Assembly: GCA_964576925.1 (NCBI GenBank)
Contig: CAZNWJ010000010.1
Coordinates: 69,736-133,735 of the forward strand
Direction: 5' to 3'
Length of the DNA stretch: 64,000 bases
Origin: an uncultured Ignavibacteria bacterium
Lineage (GTDB): Bacteria; Zixibacteria; MSB-5A5; CAIYYT01
Under the pieces are notes generated by a model that saw nothing but the letters and a program-made list of their open reading frames with translations, made no database searches and was not told the DNA's origin. Below are positions 20,141-32,259 of this stretch, in pieces. Both the position numbers and the translations under genes were made by a program. Each line of letters begins with the position of its first letter. The first letter of the stretch is position 1.

Positions 20141-20517
20141 ACAAACGACCAATGATTGTAGCGCTCTATTACGTGGCGGCCCTTTACGACGGCATCCTGG
20201 GTCTGGGATTTCTCTTCGCCGCCCCGCTCGTCTTCGACTGGACCGGTATCACGCCGCCCAACCACTTCGGCTATCTCCATTTTCCGGCAGCGCTGTTGCT
20301 GACCTTCGGCTTGCTTTTTCTTGCCGTCGCGCGCCATCCCGAGCGCAACCGCAACCTCATCCCTTTCGGCATCATGCTGAAGCTATCCTACTGCGGCGTA
20401 GCCTTCTATCACTGGCTGTCTGCGGATATTCCCTGGATTTGGAAACCTTTTGCGATCGTCGATCTGCTGTTTCTCGCCGCCTTTGTCTGGTCCTACCGCA
20501 GCCTTCCGCGGCAATGA
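20137..20517 (+). CDS. Small integral membrane protein (4 predicted TM helices), hypothetical
   Basis: Overlaps the rSAM stop by 4 nt; strongly hydrophobic. Confidence 0.5.
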   Translation: MNKRPMIVALYYVAALYDGILGLGFLFAAPLVFDWTGITPPNHFGYLHFPAALLLTFGLLFLAVARHPERNRNLIPFGIMLKLSYCGVAFYHWLSADIPWIWKPFAIVDLLFLAAFVWSYRSLPRQ

Positions 20518-20589
20518 TTTTGCTCCAGCCCGGGCGTGATGCTGCAGTACTCTTCTAAGCTTCCGAATGGGGTCGCGATGTTCCGCCCG

Positions 20590-22485
20590 TTACTTGTCGA
20601 TGCCGACACCAATCTCGAACGGCCCCGGCTCCGTTGAATCCGGTTTTGCACTGATCCAGCGCGCGTTGTTTCTTGCTGCTGTGCCGGAATAACTATCGTT
20701 GCCTCCGCCGTCGGCAAACACGCCGAATGTATACAGAAACGCTCTTGCCCCTTGCTCGAGTCCCCGCGCGCCGCCGACATTGAATCCGCCTGAAGCTTGG
20801 TAGTTGTCGTCACCGCTCCAATCGTGAAAGATACCGATCCCCTGAAAATTGCCGCCGCCCAGGGACAATCCCGGTGCCAGATACGTGTCGTTTCCGGCGC
20901 GCTCGTTAAGATAGCCAATCGTGAAGTCGTGCCCCGATCCCAACGACATGTTCATCGTCGCGTTGTATATGTCATCTCCGGCAAAATCGTCAAGATACCC
21001 GATCGCGAAATGCGCCCCTGACCCGAGCGCGTACCAAACACTGTAGTAGTTGTCAGCGCCATCGCCGTCCAGGAGCATCCCGACTGCAAACCAGTAGCCG
21101 CAACCTTGGGCAAACAACCCCGCCGAGTACCTGTCGTTGCCGGCAACATCGCACAGGATCCCTACGCCACCAGCCCAACTGTGGCCGTCAATAAAATCAG
21201 CCCGTCGCCCAAACGCTGCACCCTGCGCTAGCGACGAATTGTGCTCTTGTGTCTGTTGTCCGGGGCTGAAAAGAGTCGCGTCCTCAGCCACGTACTTGTC
21301 GTCGCCGGTAAGATTTATACACAGCCCGCAGCCTTTCGTATACCCGTAACCCTGCGATGTCGCCCAGCAGTATAAGGAGTCATTGCCGGCAACGTCTGAA
21401 CAAATTCCTGCGCCGAAACTTCCGCTCCCTTGCGACAGCGTGCGCGAGCTGTAGACGTCATCCCCGCTTTGGTCAAGCATCAGCCCGACGCCGAACACAC
21501 CGGCGCCCTGCGCGATATGCACAGCCTCGTAGCGATCGTTACCGCTCTTGTCGATCACAACAGCCATCCCGAGTACCGCTCCGCCGATTCCCGGCCGGGT
21601 CGAGTCCGGCGATACATAGCGGTCGTTCCCTGAGAGATCGATGATCGCGCTGAGGGGATAGTTGTTTGCATACCCGGAAATCTGGTAAACGTCGTTGCCG
21701 CCCGGATCGAGAATCAACAGCGGAGGTGTACCGTACGCAAAATCATCGTCACCGCTTGTCCCGAAGACAATCAAGCCGTAGGGCGTTGCAATCTCCGTGA
21801 AGGCTGCCGGGAACGCGCAATACTCCAGCGAGTCGGCGGCCCGCTTCAGTGCTTCACCCAGGTCCTGCGCGCCGCCGATCAAACGGTTGAAATCCAATTG
21901 TGTGGCGTACATCTCAACGACATCGTGATACTCCTGGCTGTCCGCCACGAAATATTGAAATAGTTGATTGCGAAATCGCGAGTTGGCAAAACCGAGCAGC
22001 ACTTTTCCGAAACTAAACTGCGTGTCGGCCACCAACTCGTATATCAATCCGACCTTCGCCCGCATCCGCTCCAATTCCGGCTGCATCATCTTTCCGTTTC
22101 CGCGCACCAACTGCGTAAACGCCAGAGAATCGCTGGGCCGAAGGTACTTCTGGAGCGGGTCATCTATCAAGCCGCGGCGTACCGGGCAATCGATCTTGCG
22201 CCCGGCGTCCGCCAGCAAAGCGCTGATATTATCGCAAGCCACGGTGTAAGCCTCCAGATTCATCTGGCCGTACTTGGGTAGCTTAAAGGGATTTTTGTGC
22301 AGCATCGTGAAAAAGGACAAGCGCCACAAGTCGCCGCCCCAGGTGGCCATCTCGTCCTGATCGATCTTGATATCCTCCGCCGTCATTCCTAACTGCGCCA
22401 TCGCCGAGTCAATCAGGCTTAGGTCTTGTGCAAGAATGGCATCAGGCGCCAGCAATAACAGCGCTGCGAGCAATATCCGCTTCAT
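20590..22485 (-). CDS. Secreted repeat protein: ~250-aa N-terminal domain followed by ~12 tandem ~26-aa 'D-x-x-G-N/D-D-x-Y … Q-G-x-G … G-x-G' repeats (beta-helix/solenoid-like)
   Basis: Signal peptide MKRILLAALLLLAPDAILA. Repeats read directly: SGNDRY, SGDDVY, AGNDSLY, TGDDKY, AGNDRY, GADNYY, AGDDIY, AGNDTY, SGDDNY, GGNDSY. Confidence 0.7.
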   Translation of the reverse strand: MKRILLAALLLLAPDAILAQDLSLIDSAMAQLGMTAEDIKIDQDEMATWGGDLWRLSFFTMLHKNPFKLPKYGQMNLEAYTVACDNISALLADAGRKIDCPVRRGLIDDPLQKYLRPSDSLAFTQLVRGNGKMMQPELERMRAKVGLIYELVADTQFSFGKVLLGFANSRFRNQLFQYFVADSQEYHDVVEMYATQLDFNRLIGGAQDLGEALKRAADSLEYCAFPAAFTEIATPYGLIVFGTSGDDDFAYGTPPLLILDPGGNDVYQISGYANNYPLSAIIDLSGNDRYVSPDSTRPGIGGAVLGMAVVIDKSGNDRYEAVHIAQGAGVFGVGLMLDQSGDDVYSSRTLSQGSGSFGAGICSDVAGNDSLYCWATSQGYGYTKGCGLCINLTGDDKYVAEDATLFSPGQQTQEHNSSLAQGAAFGRRADFIDGHSWAGGVGILCDVAGNDRYSAGLFAQGCGYWFAVGMLLDGDGADNYYSVWYALGSGAHFAIGYLDDFAGDDIYNATMNMSLGSGHDFTIGYLNERAGNDTYLAPGLSLGGGNFQGIGIFHDWSGDDNYQASGGFNVGGARGLEQGARAFLYTFGVFADGGGNDSYSGTAARNNARWISAKPDSTEPGPFEIGVGIDK

Positions 22486-22587
22486 GACTTACTCCGGGTT
22501 CGATTTTTGCGTGAATATAGGCGCCACAAAGTAGTCAACAAGCGGATTCTCTTCTATCGCGTGGCCTTGACTCGTGGAGAGATCGAA

Positions 22588-23775
22588 CTAAGATCCACCG
22601 TCCCCAAACAGATCGCCCCCAGAGACTTTGTCGCCTGACTGGTAAGTCGCCGGCCGCTCCTTGATTCGCACAATCTGATTTGCCGTCAATGCCTCCTTGA
22701 TCAACTCCCGCGTCGCAGCCATGGACAAACCCAACGCCTCGCTGATCTCCGATGTCCGGTGCGGTTGCTGCAGGTACTCGACCAATCGCAACAATCGTTC
22801 GTCTGCTCGATTCGTGCCTTGGCCATCGTTCCTTGCCCGCAGCTTGCTCTCCAGTAGCTCCGGCAGAGCATCTCCCGACCTGAGCTCATCGATCGTCAGC
22901 GCCACCGCCCCGCGGCGGATCAAATGCTGATTCCCGGGACCGCTGTCAGCAGACTCACGGACGAAGAGCGGTGCGAAGCCGTGCCGTAAGTTCTCAATCG
23001 CTCCGTTCCATGTACCGCCCTTTTCGTAATCGCTGTCGACTACGAGCGCGTAGTCGGACAGGGCATAAATGATTTTGTTCCTGCCCATGGCACTCGCTAC
23101 CGAAAACGGCAGCGAAGGAGAATTAGGCGTGATGACACAAAGCGAGCCGTACTCCATCAGTTCCAGCGTCTCGCGTTCCTTGATCGCACGCTCGAGACTG
23201 TCCGCGAGCACGCCCAGCGCATTGCCGCCCGCAGACACCGCCGCCCGCATCGCTTCTTGATCAATACCGCGCGCTCCGCCCGAGATCACTGTCATCCCTG
23301 CGGCCGCTGTCGCCGTGCCCGCGCCCTCGGCAAATTGCCGCGCCCCTTCGCTCATGTTGCGTGCACCAACAATAGCGATGCCGCCTTCACTGAGAAGCTG
23401 CTCTCTGCCCGCGCCAAAAACGACCATCGGACAGCGCGTCCCCAATCGTTCGACAAGCCGGGTCGGAAAGCGCACGTCAAATCGTGTAAGCATCCAGATC
23501 CCGGCACTCGCGAAACGATCCATTCGCACAAGCAGTCGATCTGCTCCGCCGAGCAAGTGCGCCAGTCGGTCGGCTACCTGCTGCTCGCAACCGAGGTGAC
23601 GTATGATCTCCTCCGCCGCTAGGCCCAACAGCTCGCCCGGTGATGTTCGCGATTCACCGATTACACGCTGCCACTCTGTCGGCGTTACCGGCGCAACCAC
23701 CGCCTCGTCACTCAAACCAAGCGGAGTACACAAAAGCGCCGCAGCCAGGCTATCATTACTTAGCATATGTCTCAC
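22588..23775 (-). CDS. dprA: DNA-processing protein DprA (Smf family)
   Basis: Rossmann DprA core with GGARGID…A and downstream pattern; C-terminal winged-helix-like tail; 22-nt gap to the upstream helicase gene on the same strand. Confidence 0.8.
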   Translation of the reverse strand: MRHMLSNDSLAAALLCTPLGLSDEAVVAPVTPTEWQRVIGESRTSPGELLGLAAEEIIRHLGCEQQVADRLAHLLGGADRLLVRMDRFASAGIWMLTRFDVRFPTRLVERLGTRCPMVVFGAGREQLLSEGGIAIVGARNMSEGARQFAEGAGTATAAAGMTVISGGARGIDQEAMRAAVSAGGNALGVLADSLERAIKERETLELMEYGSLCVITPNSPSLPFSVASAMGRNKIIYALSDYALVVDSDYEKGGTWNGAIENLRHGFAPLFVRESADSGPGNQHLIRRGAVALTIDELRSGDALPELLESKLRARNDGQGTNRADERLLRLVEYLQQPHRTSEISEALGLSMAATRELIKEALTANQIVRIKERPATYQSGDKVSGGDLFGDGGS

Positions 23776-23796
23776 CAGACTCCCATTCCACGCACC

Positions 23797-25914
<2,118 letters not shown>

Positions 25915-26156
25915 TCGCCGTGGTCATCGAATCACAAAATCGCTCGATTGTCAGCTTCGCAGAATTAGCAAATATTGTCAATCACATTTGGAGCACGTTG
26001 CAAGTACCAGCGGCTGCGGCAAATCGACGAGTGACCGTCAGTGCCAAGTGAATCGTAGTAAACTGAGGGCGCAAACCTCCGATTTCATGAATTGTCGCGC
26101 GCCCCGGCACTCGAATAAGTATCTTAGTCGACACCTGCAACTATGGAGAACTAGAA

Positions 26157-26696
26157 TTGACCTCGATTCATAGACCCATTGACCCCAGTCAGATTCCGGA
26201 CAATCTGATTCGTCTGGTGGCGTCCGACTGGATGTTGATAACAGCCGGTGACATCACCAGCTTTAATACCATGACCGCTTCCTGGGGCGCCTTCGGTGAA
26301 CTCTGGAACAAGACAGTCTGCATCTGTTTTGTGCGTCCAACGCGGCACACTTATCAGTTTATCGAGCGCACGGAGCTGTTTACTCTGACGTTCTTCGAGG
26401 AGACGTCTCGCGAGATTCTCAGGTATTGCGGTTCGGTGTCAGGTAGAGATGTCGACAAAATGCAGATTGCCGGGTTAACCCCGGTGGCATCGAGCCAGGG
26501 ATCAGTCTATTTTCAAGAGGCACGACTGGTGATAGAGTGCCGCAAAATCTACTGCGATGATTTGGATCCAGGTAGATTCCTCGATCCCTCGATCGAGCAG
26601 AACTACCCCCGCAAAGACTATCATCGCTTCTATATAGGGGAGATCCTGTCTTGCCTTGAGAGACAGCCGGAAGAGATGTTGCTGAGACGCTCTTAG
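26157..26696 (+). CDS. Flavin reductase-like FMN-binding split-barrel domain protein
   Basis: …NTMTASWG… motif typical of the flavin reductase-like domain. Start uncertain: TTG at 26157 or an internal start. Confidence 0.55.
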   Translation: MTSIHRPIDPSQIPDNLIRLVASDWMLITAGDITSFNTMTASWGAFGELWNKTVCICFVRPTRHTYQFIERTELFTLTFFEETSREILRYCGSVSGRDVDKMQIAGLTPVASSQGSVYFQEARLVIECRKIYCDDLDPGRFLDPSIEQNYPRKDYHRFYIGEILSCLERQPEEMLLRRS

Positions 26697-26998
26697 AAAG
26701 CCTCGCAGATTGGGGCGGCAGAACCATCTCCGCCTCTGCCGCATGCTCAAGCGGGCGGTATTGACGTTTCATCGCTGTAGCCAAAGCAGCGACGAATCGC
26801 GATTAGTCCCTGGGAGCACTGCCCTCAGTCTTGCCGCGGGAAACTCCAACAGTCACAGTGCTTCCCGTGAGATCTTTGTCGATGAAGCCGGCAATGGAGG
26901 CTTCGCCCTCGCCAGGCTACTGATGCGAATGTTCACGAAAACCCCATACTGTGTCACTGAGTCAGTCGCGCCACGGCTGCAGGCCTCTGCCAATAAGC

Positions 26999-27032
26999 AA
27001 GACGCCCGGAATCTCGCGATTCCGGGCGTCTT
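26999..27032 (-). terminator. Strong hairpin (15-bp perfect stem aagacgcccggaatc/gattccgggcgtctt, loop tcgc) immediately downstream of the C25 peptidase gene stop
   Basis: Perfect inverted repeat read directly, 28 nt past the stop at 27060; T-rich stretch follows on the - strand. Confidence 0.5.
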
Positions 27033-27059
27033 GTTCAAAATGAAGTGACAGCCTGCCGG

Positions 27060-30000
27060 CTATTTTCCACCACAGGGAGCCGGCCCCCCGGTGAAGATAT
27101 ACGAAATGAGATAAACGGCGTCAGAGATGTTCACGATGCTGTTGCAATCGGCATCTCCTGCTTCCATCGGCTCCGGTGCCAGGCCGCCGGTGAAGATGTA
27201 CCCGATCAGGTAGACCGCATCGCTGATGTTCACGATCTCGTCGCCATTTGGATCACCAGCCATGTAAGTGTCCCCTACACGCAGCGTGACGGGAATCTCA
27301 AGCAGCGGCAATATCGGATCATTCGAGGTAACCTCGATCGCGCCGCCACAGGTGCTGTCACCCATGTCGAGAGCATCAAAATACAGCCAGATATTCGCCG
27401 ACGAGTTCGGTGCAATTTCTCCCGCCATCGGACTGGCATGCAGCCAGGTCGGAATCGGATCGCCCAGCGCGATCGCCAATTGATTGTGCAGGTACGCCGC
27501 GTTGTAGACGACCATGAGTCCGTCGCTGCCGCCCGCATCCTCCATACCGATCGTGCAGCCGAGGACGTCGAACCCCGGAGCAATCGCTTGGTACTGGATC
27601 TTCACGTTGCCGTCCTGCGCTAAGATCACCTGTGCCGTGATGACGTCGCCGGGATTCACCAGGCTCTCGTATTCCGGGTAGTTCAGGAACGAAACCACTA
27701 ACTGGCCATCAACGAACTGGTACACCACGCGTCCGCCGGGGTTGTCGGCGTCGGCAATGTTCAGATCATCCCAACACCAGGCAATGATATTGTTCGGCGT
27801 CGCCGTGTTCGGCAGTCCGGTGTTGTTGCGGCTGCCGAAATCGGTGGTGGCGCCGAATCCGATGAAACCATTCCCGCTCACATAGAATTCGGTGTAGTTG
27901 TTGCTATAGAACGGGAAGGTAAAGCCGATTGGGAACGGTCCGACGAAATTGTCGTCGGTCAATCCCGTGATGTCGGTACCTGTCGACGCGATGTCGATCC
28001 ACTCGTACTGCGGACCTTGCGGATCATCGGAGTCAATCCAGATATTACCGGCGCCATCAGGACCGCCGCTTCCCTTCGTGACCTCGGCGAAGTACGGCTC
28101 TTCTGTCGTACCCTTGTCGGATTCATCGATTCGGTAACCGAGCGGCACGGGCGCGGGTTCTGCCGTCGCTTTTGCCAGCACCGGCTTGCCGTAAGTCTCG
28201 CACAACAACTCGAAACTGAGCTTCCCAAGTCCGGTGTTGTTAATCGCAACCGCCACGGAATCGCGGCCGCCGATCGGGATCGACTCGCTGACCGAACTCG
28301 GATTCACCGCCATCTGCGGTGCGTGTACATGCAGCCCGACATTGACATTGCCGGTCGCATGAGTCGGATCATTCGTCGCGTACGCCAACAGACCCGAATA
28401 GTCACCCGGATTCATGTTCGTGGCGTTAAACGTCACTGGATACACCAGGCTATCGCCGATCGGTATGTAATACTGGGTCGTCGCGCACTGGATCCAGCTC
28501 ACTCCCGGCGTGAACCTTACCCGCAGCGTCGCCTCGCCAACATTCCTGATCACCAGGTTCTGTTGGTGCTGAGTGTCTTCAACAAGGCTGTCAGCAAGCG
28601 AAGTCGTCGACATCTGCATCGTCGCCGTAGCACCGGAACCGCTGACATAACCCTTCAACGAAATGTCATCGATGCTCCAGCCGTTGTACTGCACGGAACC
28701 GTCGGTCGGACCCAATCCGAACCGAATCTGGAACTCGGGATTGTTGTCCGCCACCGCGGTCAGTTCGTATACCGACTCCGTCCAGGTAGCTTCGCTGTTC
28801 GTCGCGCCGTTCGCATAGAGCTGTATCCATTCGGTTCCGTTGAAGACCTCAAGATACGCATGGTCGTACGACGACGACTCGCAACCCAACTGGTGGTAAT
28901 AGGTCATGAAAATGCTGGTGGCATTGCTGCAATCGATAATCGGCGAATAAACCCAGTTCGTTGCGCTGATATTGGCGCTGTAGGAAGCGCTCGTCGTCAG
29001 GTCGTTGCCAAGAATCATGTTCTCCGGACCGGGAGTATGGTCATCCGACGGGTCGGGACTTCCCGATGTTCCAGTACCGCCGATCGCCGGACCAATCTGC
29101 CACTCGGAAGTGCTGCCCAATCCGGTCCAGCCCTGTTCGACCGTGAAGTCTTCCAGGAAGAACACCACCCGGTCGCCCACTGTGATCGAGAAGTACTGCG
29201 TCACGGCGAATCCGCCGCTGCCGACGATGTCCAGCTTGCAATTTACGCCGTGCCCCATCGGCGTGTTGGCTGCGGCACTGACGGTGAAGACATCGCCGCT
29301 GTTCGACGCCGTACCGCCGTTTGCAGCTATCGTGCCAAACGTACCGTTCGCATCACTAATGGTTAGATAATTGTCGAGTTCGCTGATCGTGGCCGTTGTA
29401 TTGAAAGCCGTCCCCGTGCCGTTGTTCTGTACGGTCACGACAACGTTTGCTGTCTCCCCCGGGTCGATCATGCCATTGTTGTTACCTGTCGGATCGCTGA
29501 CCGCGAACGAGACATACACCACGTTCGGCGCGTGCACCGTCACTGTGAATGAACTCTCCCAGGTATCTTTCTCCGTCCCGTTTGCGGTCACAGTGAACGT
29601 CACTTTGTGGCCGTCGGGAGTCAACGGACTTACATTAAAGGCGAAAGCATCGGCAATATTGACGTTGCCAAAATTCCCGGCAATCGAACCATAGTTTTCG
29701 GAATCATCAGTGATCGTAATGTAAGAGTCTTCTGCCGAGAGCGTCGCGACGACGTCCTGGGCGTCATCCGGACCGACGTTCTGAAGCTGCAGGCCCAGCA
29801 CGATCGATTCGCCAAAGTCAATCAAGCCGTCGCCGTTTCCGGACGCGTCGTTGATCGCGTGACTCTGGTAAATGACGTATGGACCGGATGGCGCAATCAC
29901 CTGCACCGTGCCGATATACGGAACGCGATTCTGCGCCGTGACAATGACATCAGCAGTCACCGGCTGGTCAAACGGCGTCACCGCCATTTGCACCATTCCG

Positions 30001-32042
30001 GTCTGGTCGACATAACCGGCGCCATGAAGCACGCCGTTGGCCGACAGACCCACATACGAACCCGGATCGGCATTGACCGTAAACGTCGTGGAGGTCATCA
30101 GCAGCGAACCCGCATAGCTGACGTTATTCACCGTCGGGACTCTCAGGTAAGTCGTTACCGACGGGTCGCCCATCAAGTGGTACATCTCCCAGTAGTAAGC
30201 CTTACGCGAACTGCTGGACTGCTGTACCGCCAGGTTGCCACACATATTGATCGCGTAGTTCGTCACGTAGTGCGACGACACCGGTTCGCCATGATCGTGG
30301 AACATCCCGTCGTAGGCACCTAGCTTGGTCGCATCGTACGGTGGACCGGCGGCCACAACCGCCTTGCCGCCGCCGACACCCCACCAGTAGTCTTCATCCC
30401 AGTACGAGTTGTTGCTCGCGCCGATATAGCCCACGCCGCCCTTATTGGCTGCCTGCAACCAGGCCTCGGCAAATGACGGCGTGCTCTCTCCAAACGTGCT
30501 CGACAAACAGCAGTTGCCGATGCCCAGCCCGTACTTGTGCGCGTTCGTCAAGTTATTGATATCGCTGACCGTGAACGACGGATCACCCCAGCTGTCGTGC
30601 CCGCAATGCGCGGTGTAGTTCGCAATGCCCACACCATTGCTGACCGAGGCGATTACCGCCGCCGAAGCACCCGGAGCATCCGATGCCGGATAAAGCCACA
30701 CATGCGGCGTGATCCCGTGGGCGGCGTTGAAGTAAAGATTGGTACCGTAGTTGATCTGGCCGTTACCGTAAGTCGGCGCATACGACGCGTCGACACCGGC
30801 AATCAAAGTGACCTCATTCAGGTACGCCGGATTCGGCATCGTGTACTGCTCGTATTCCAGCGTCTTGTCGATTTGTGGTTGAAGCTGCGCCGTATTCTGC
30901 GCGGAGAAACGGCCGTAGTAGACTTCTGGAATATTGTCACCGGTGTATTCGGCATAACGCAAATCGGTAATATGCGAGCCCGCCGAGCCGGACCAGGCCG
31001 GAATCTGCGGTGTGTCGCCCACAAACAGCACGAAGGTCGGCGCCGGATCCTCAACCGTGCCGGCAGTATACAATCCCTGGAGATAGGTCTTAATCGCCGT
31101 CGTCGTCGAGCCGATGACGTCGGTGTAAGCAACGATGACTTTGAAGCCCTTCTTGATCTTCCAGGCGATCAACGGCTGCAACTGCGCCTCGAACATCCGC
31201 GCCGACACGATCACCATCTTGATCGGGTACTTCGTGAGATCGGCCTTCTCGTTTAGCGCCAGCATCTCATAGTTGGCCAGTTGCGCGTAGGCCGCCTCAA
31301 AGGCTGGCGAATAGGTCGCTTCAAACTGCTTCTGGGTCGCAGTCCAATCGGGATGATCGAAATTCAACCGGACCGTCACCTGCTTTTGCACACGGATCCG
31401 GTTCGTCGTCGCGTCGTACTCAATCGGTGCAACCGATACATGAGCTACGCGAAGCCCGCGCATCACACCTTCGATCGAAGTGGAGGTCACCGGCAGGGAA
31501 TAGTACCCGGCTTGCTGATACACCGCCTGCTTGAATTCGAACGGCACCGAGTTCGGGTCGTCCGACTTCGATAGCGAAGGCTGGGCGGGCATAATCACGC
31601 TCGTAACTCCATATGTCGCCAGATCGTACTCTGCCGTCTCGGTGGACAACACCTCCGCCTTCAGTTCCGCTCCTTCCGGGACGGCAATCAACTGATTGGC
31701 GGTCGGCAGCGCCGGCTCACCCACGCGGCTCGAAAGATCCAGCCCCTTCGCGCTCAAAACGGTAAACTCGCCCGCCCGCGTTGTCACCGGGACAATCTCC
31801 AACTCGCCGACATCCACACGAATCGTCATGCCTGTCGGGTCGTGTCCCAGAATCGTAATTCCACTGTTGGCATCGCTCACCTTGATCGTGTTGGCTGCCA
31901 ACGCCGTTGCTGATAACAATACCAGCAATAGCAGACTCACCTTGGTAGCAAGCTTGCTCAAAGGTACCTCCAATGATGCTTGGGATTCTTGTTGGGGATT
32001 CCCAATAATTGAGTGAAACCGGAAATGTTGCGTCATTCTCAA
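27060..32042 (-). CDS. Very large secreted peptidase C25 (gingipain-like cysteine peptidase) with multiple Ig-like/beta-sandwich domains and C-terminal tandem dockerin-like module
   Basis: Gingipain-type His motif Y-T-A-H-C-G-H-D-S-W-G and Cys motif G-I-G-N-C-C-L-S-S-T-F. C-terminal GDPNGDEIVNISDAVYLIGYIFTGG…GDADCNSIVNISDAVYLISYIFTGGPAPC. A probable true start is an internal TTG (…LSKLATKVSLLLLVLLSATALA, about 27 codons in) preceded by GGAGG, giving a clean signal peptide. Confidence 0.8.
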   Translation of the reverse strand: MRMTQHFRFHSIIGNPQQESQASLEVPLSKLATKVSLLLLVLLSATALAANTIKVSDANSGITILGHDPTGMTIRVDVGELEIVPVTTRAGEFTVLSAKGLDLSSRVGEPALPTANQLIAVPEGAELKAEVLSTETAEYDLATYGVTSVIMPAQPSLSKSDDPNSVPFEFKQAVYQQAGYYSLPVTSTSIEGVMRGLRVAHVSVAPIEYDATTNRIRVQKQVTVRLNFDHPDWTATQKQFEATYSPAFEAAYAQLANYEMLALNEKADLTKYPIKMVIVSARMFEAQLQPLIAWKIKKGFKVIVAYTDVIGSTTTAIKTYLQGLYTAGTVEDPAPTFVLFVGDTPQIPAWSGSAGSHITDLRYAEYTGDNIPEVYYGRFSAQNTAQLQPQIDKTLEYEQYTMPNPAYLNEVTLIAGVDASYAPTYGNGQINYGTNLYFNAAHGITPHVWLYPASDAPGASAAVIASVSNGVGIANYTAHCGHDSWGDPSFTVSDINNLTNAHKYGLGIGNCCLSSTFGESTPSFAEAWLQAANKGGVGYIGASNNSYWDEDYWWGVGGGKAVVAAGPPYDATKLGAYDGMFHDHGEPVSSHYVTNYAINMCGNLAVQQSSSSRKAYYWEMYHLMGDPSVTTYLRVPTVNNVSYAGSLLMTSTTFTVNADPGSYVGLSANGVLHGAGYVDQTGMVQMAVTPFDQPVTADVIVTAQNRVPYIGTVQVIAPSGPYVIYQSHAINDASGNGDGLIDFGESIVLGLQLQNVGPDDAQDVVATLSAEDSYITITDDSENYGSIAGNFGNVNIADAFAFNVSPLTPDGHKVTFTVTANGTEKDTWESSFTVTVHAPNVVYVSFAVSDPTGNNNGMIDPGETANVVVTVQNNGTGTAFNTTATISELDNYLTISDANGTFGTIAANGGTASNSGDVFTVSAAANTPMGHGVNCKLDIVGSGGFAVTQYFSITVGDRVVFFLEDFTVEQGWTGLGSTSEWQIGPAIGGTGTSGSPDPSDDHTPGPENMILGNDLTTSASYSANISATNWVYSPIIDCSNATSIFMTYYHQLGCESSSYDHAYLEVFNGTEWIQLYANGATNSEATWTESVYELTAVADNNPEFQIRFGLGPTDGSVQYNGWSIDDISLKGYVSGSGATATMQMSTTSLADSLVEDTQHQQNLVIRNVGEATLRVRFTPGVSWIQCATTQYYIPIGDSLVYPVTFNATNMNPGDYSGLLAYATNDPTHATGNVNVGLHVHAPQMAVNPSSVSESIPIGGRDSVAVAINNTGLGKLSFELLCETYGKPVLAKATAEPAPVPLGYRIDESDKGTTEEPYFAEVTKGSGGPDGAGNIWIDSDDPQGPQYEWIDIASTGTDITGLTDDNFVGPFPIGFTFPFYSNNYTEFYVSGNGFIGFGATTDFGSRNNTGLPNTATPNNIIAWCWDDLNIADADNPGGRVVYQFVDGQLVVSFLNYPEYESLVNPGDVITAQVILAQDGNVKIQYQAIAPGFDVLGCTIGMEDAGGSDGLMVVYNAAYLHNQLAIALGDPIPTWLHASPMAGEIAPNSSANIWLYFDALDMGDSTCGGAIEVTSNDPILPLLEIPVTLRVGDTYMAGDPNGDEIVNISDAVYLIGYIFTGGLAPEPMEAGDADCNSIVNISDAVYLISYIFTGGPAPCGGK

Positions 32043-32259
32043 CGGCTGTAAAAAACGTGCAAGTAGCTCATTTCAATATAGTAAATCGAGTATTAAATCC
32101 AACAAGTAAATGGAGTTTTTTGTCGCTTCCGCAAGTCCCAAAGCGCACCGCCTGCCTTGATGCCGGTTAGGAGCTGTTAACTTCCAAACTTGCGGCTGAG
32201 GCCGTAGCGGCTCGGGAGCTGTTGAGTGGAATTTTCTGCTCGAGTGAGAGATTCTGCTG

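Noticed and set aside
20590-22485. Repeat protein interpreted as RTX/haemolysin-type Ca-binding toxin
   Set aside because: The repeat is ~26 aa with G-N-D-x-Y cores, not the nonapeptide GGxGxDxUx. No T1SS secretion signal at the C-terminus, and an N-terminal Sec signal is present.
28017-31256. Several 100-450-aa + strand ORFs inside the C25 peptidase gene
   Set aside because: Antisense to a coherent 1660-aa multi-domain protein; Arg-rich nonsense composition; no RBS or motifs.
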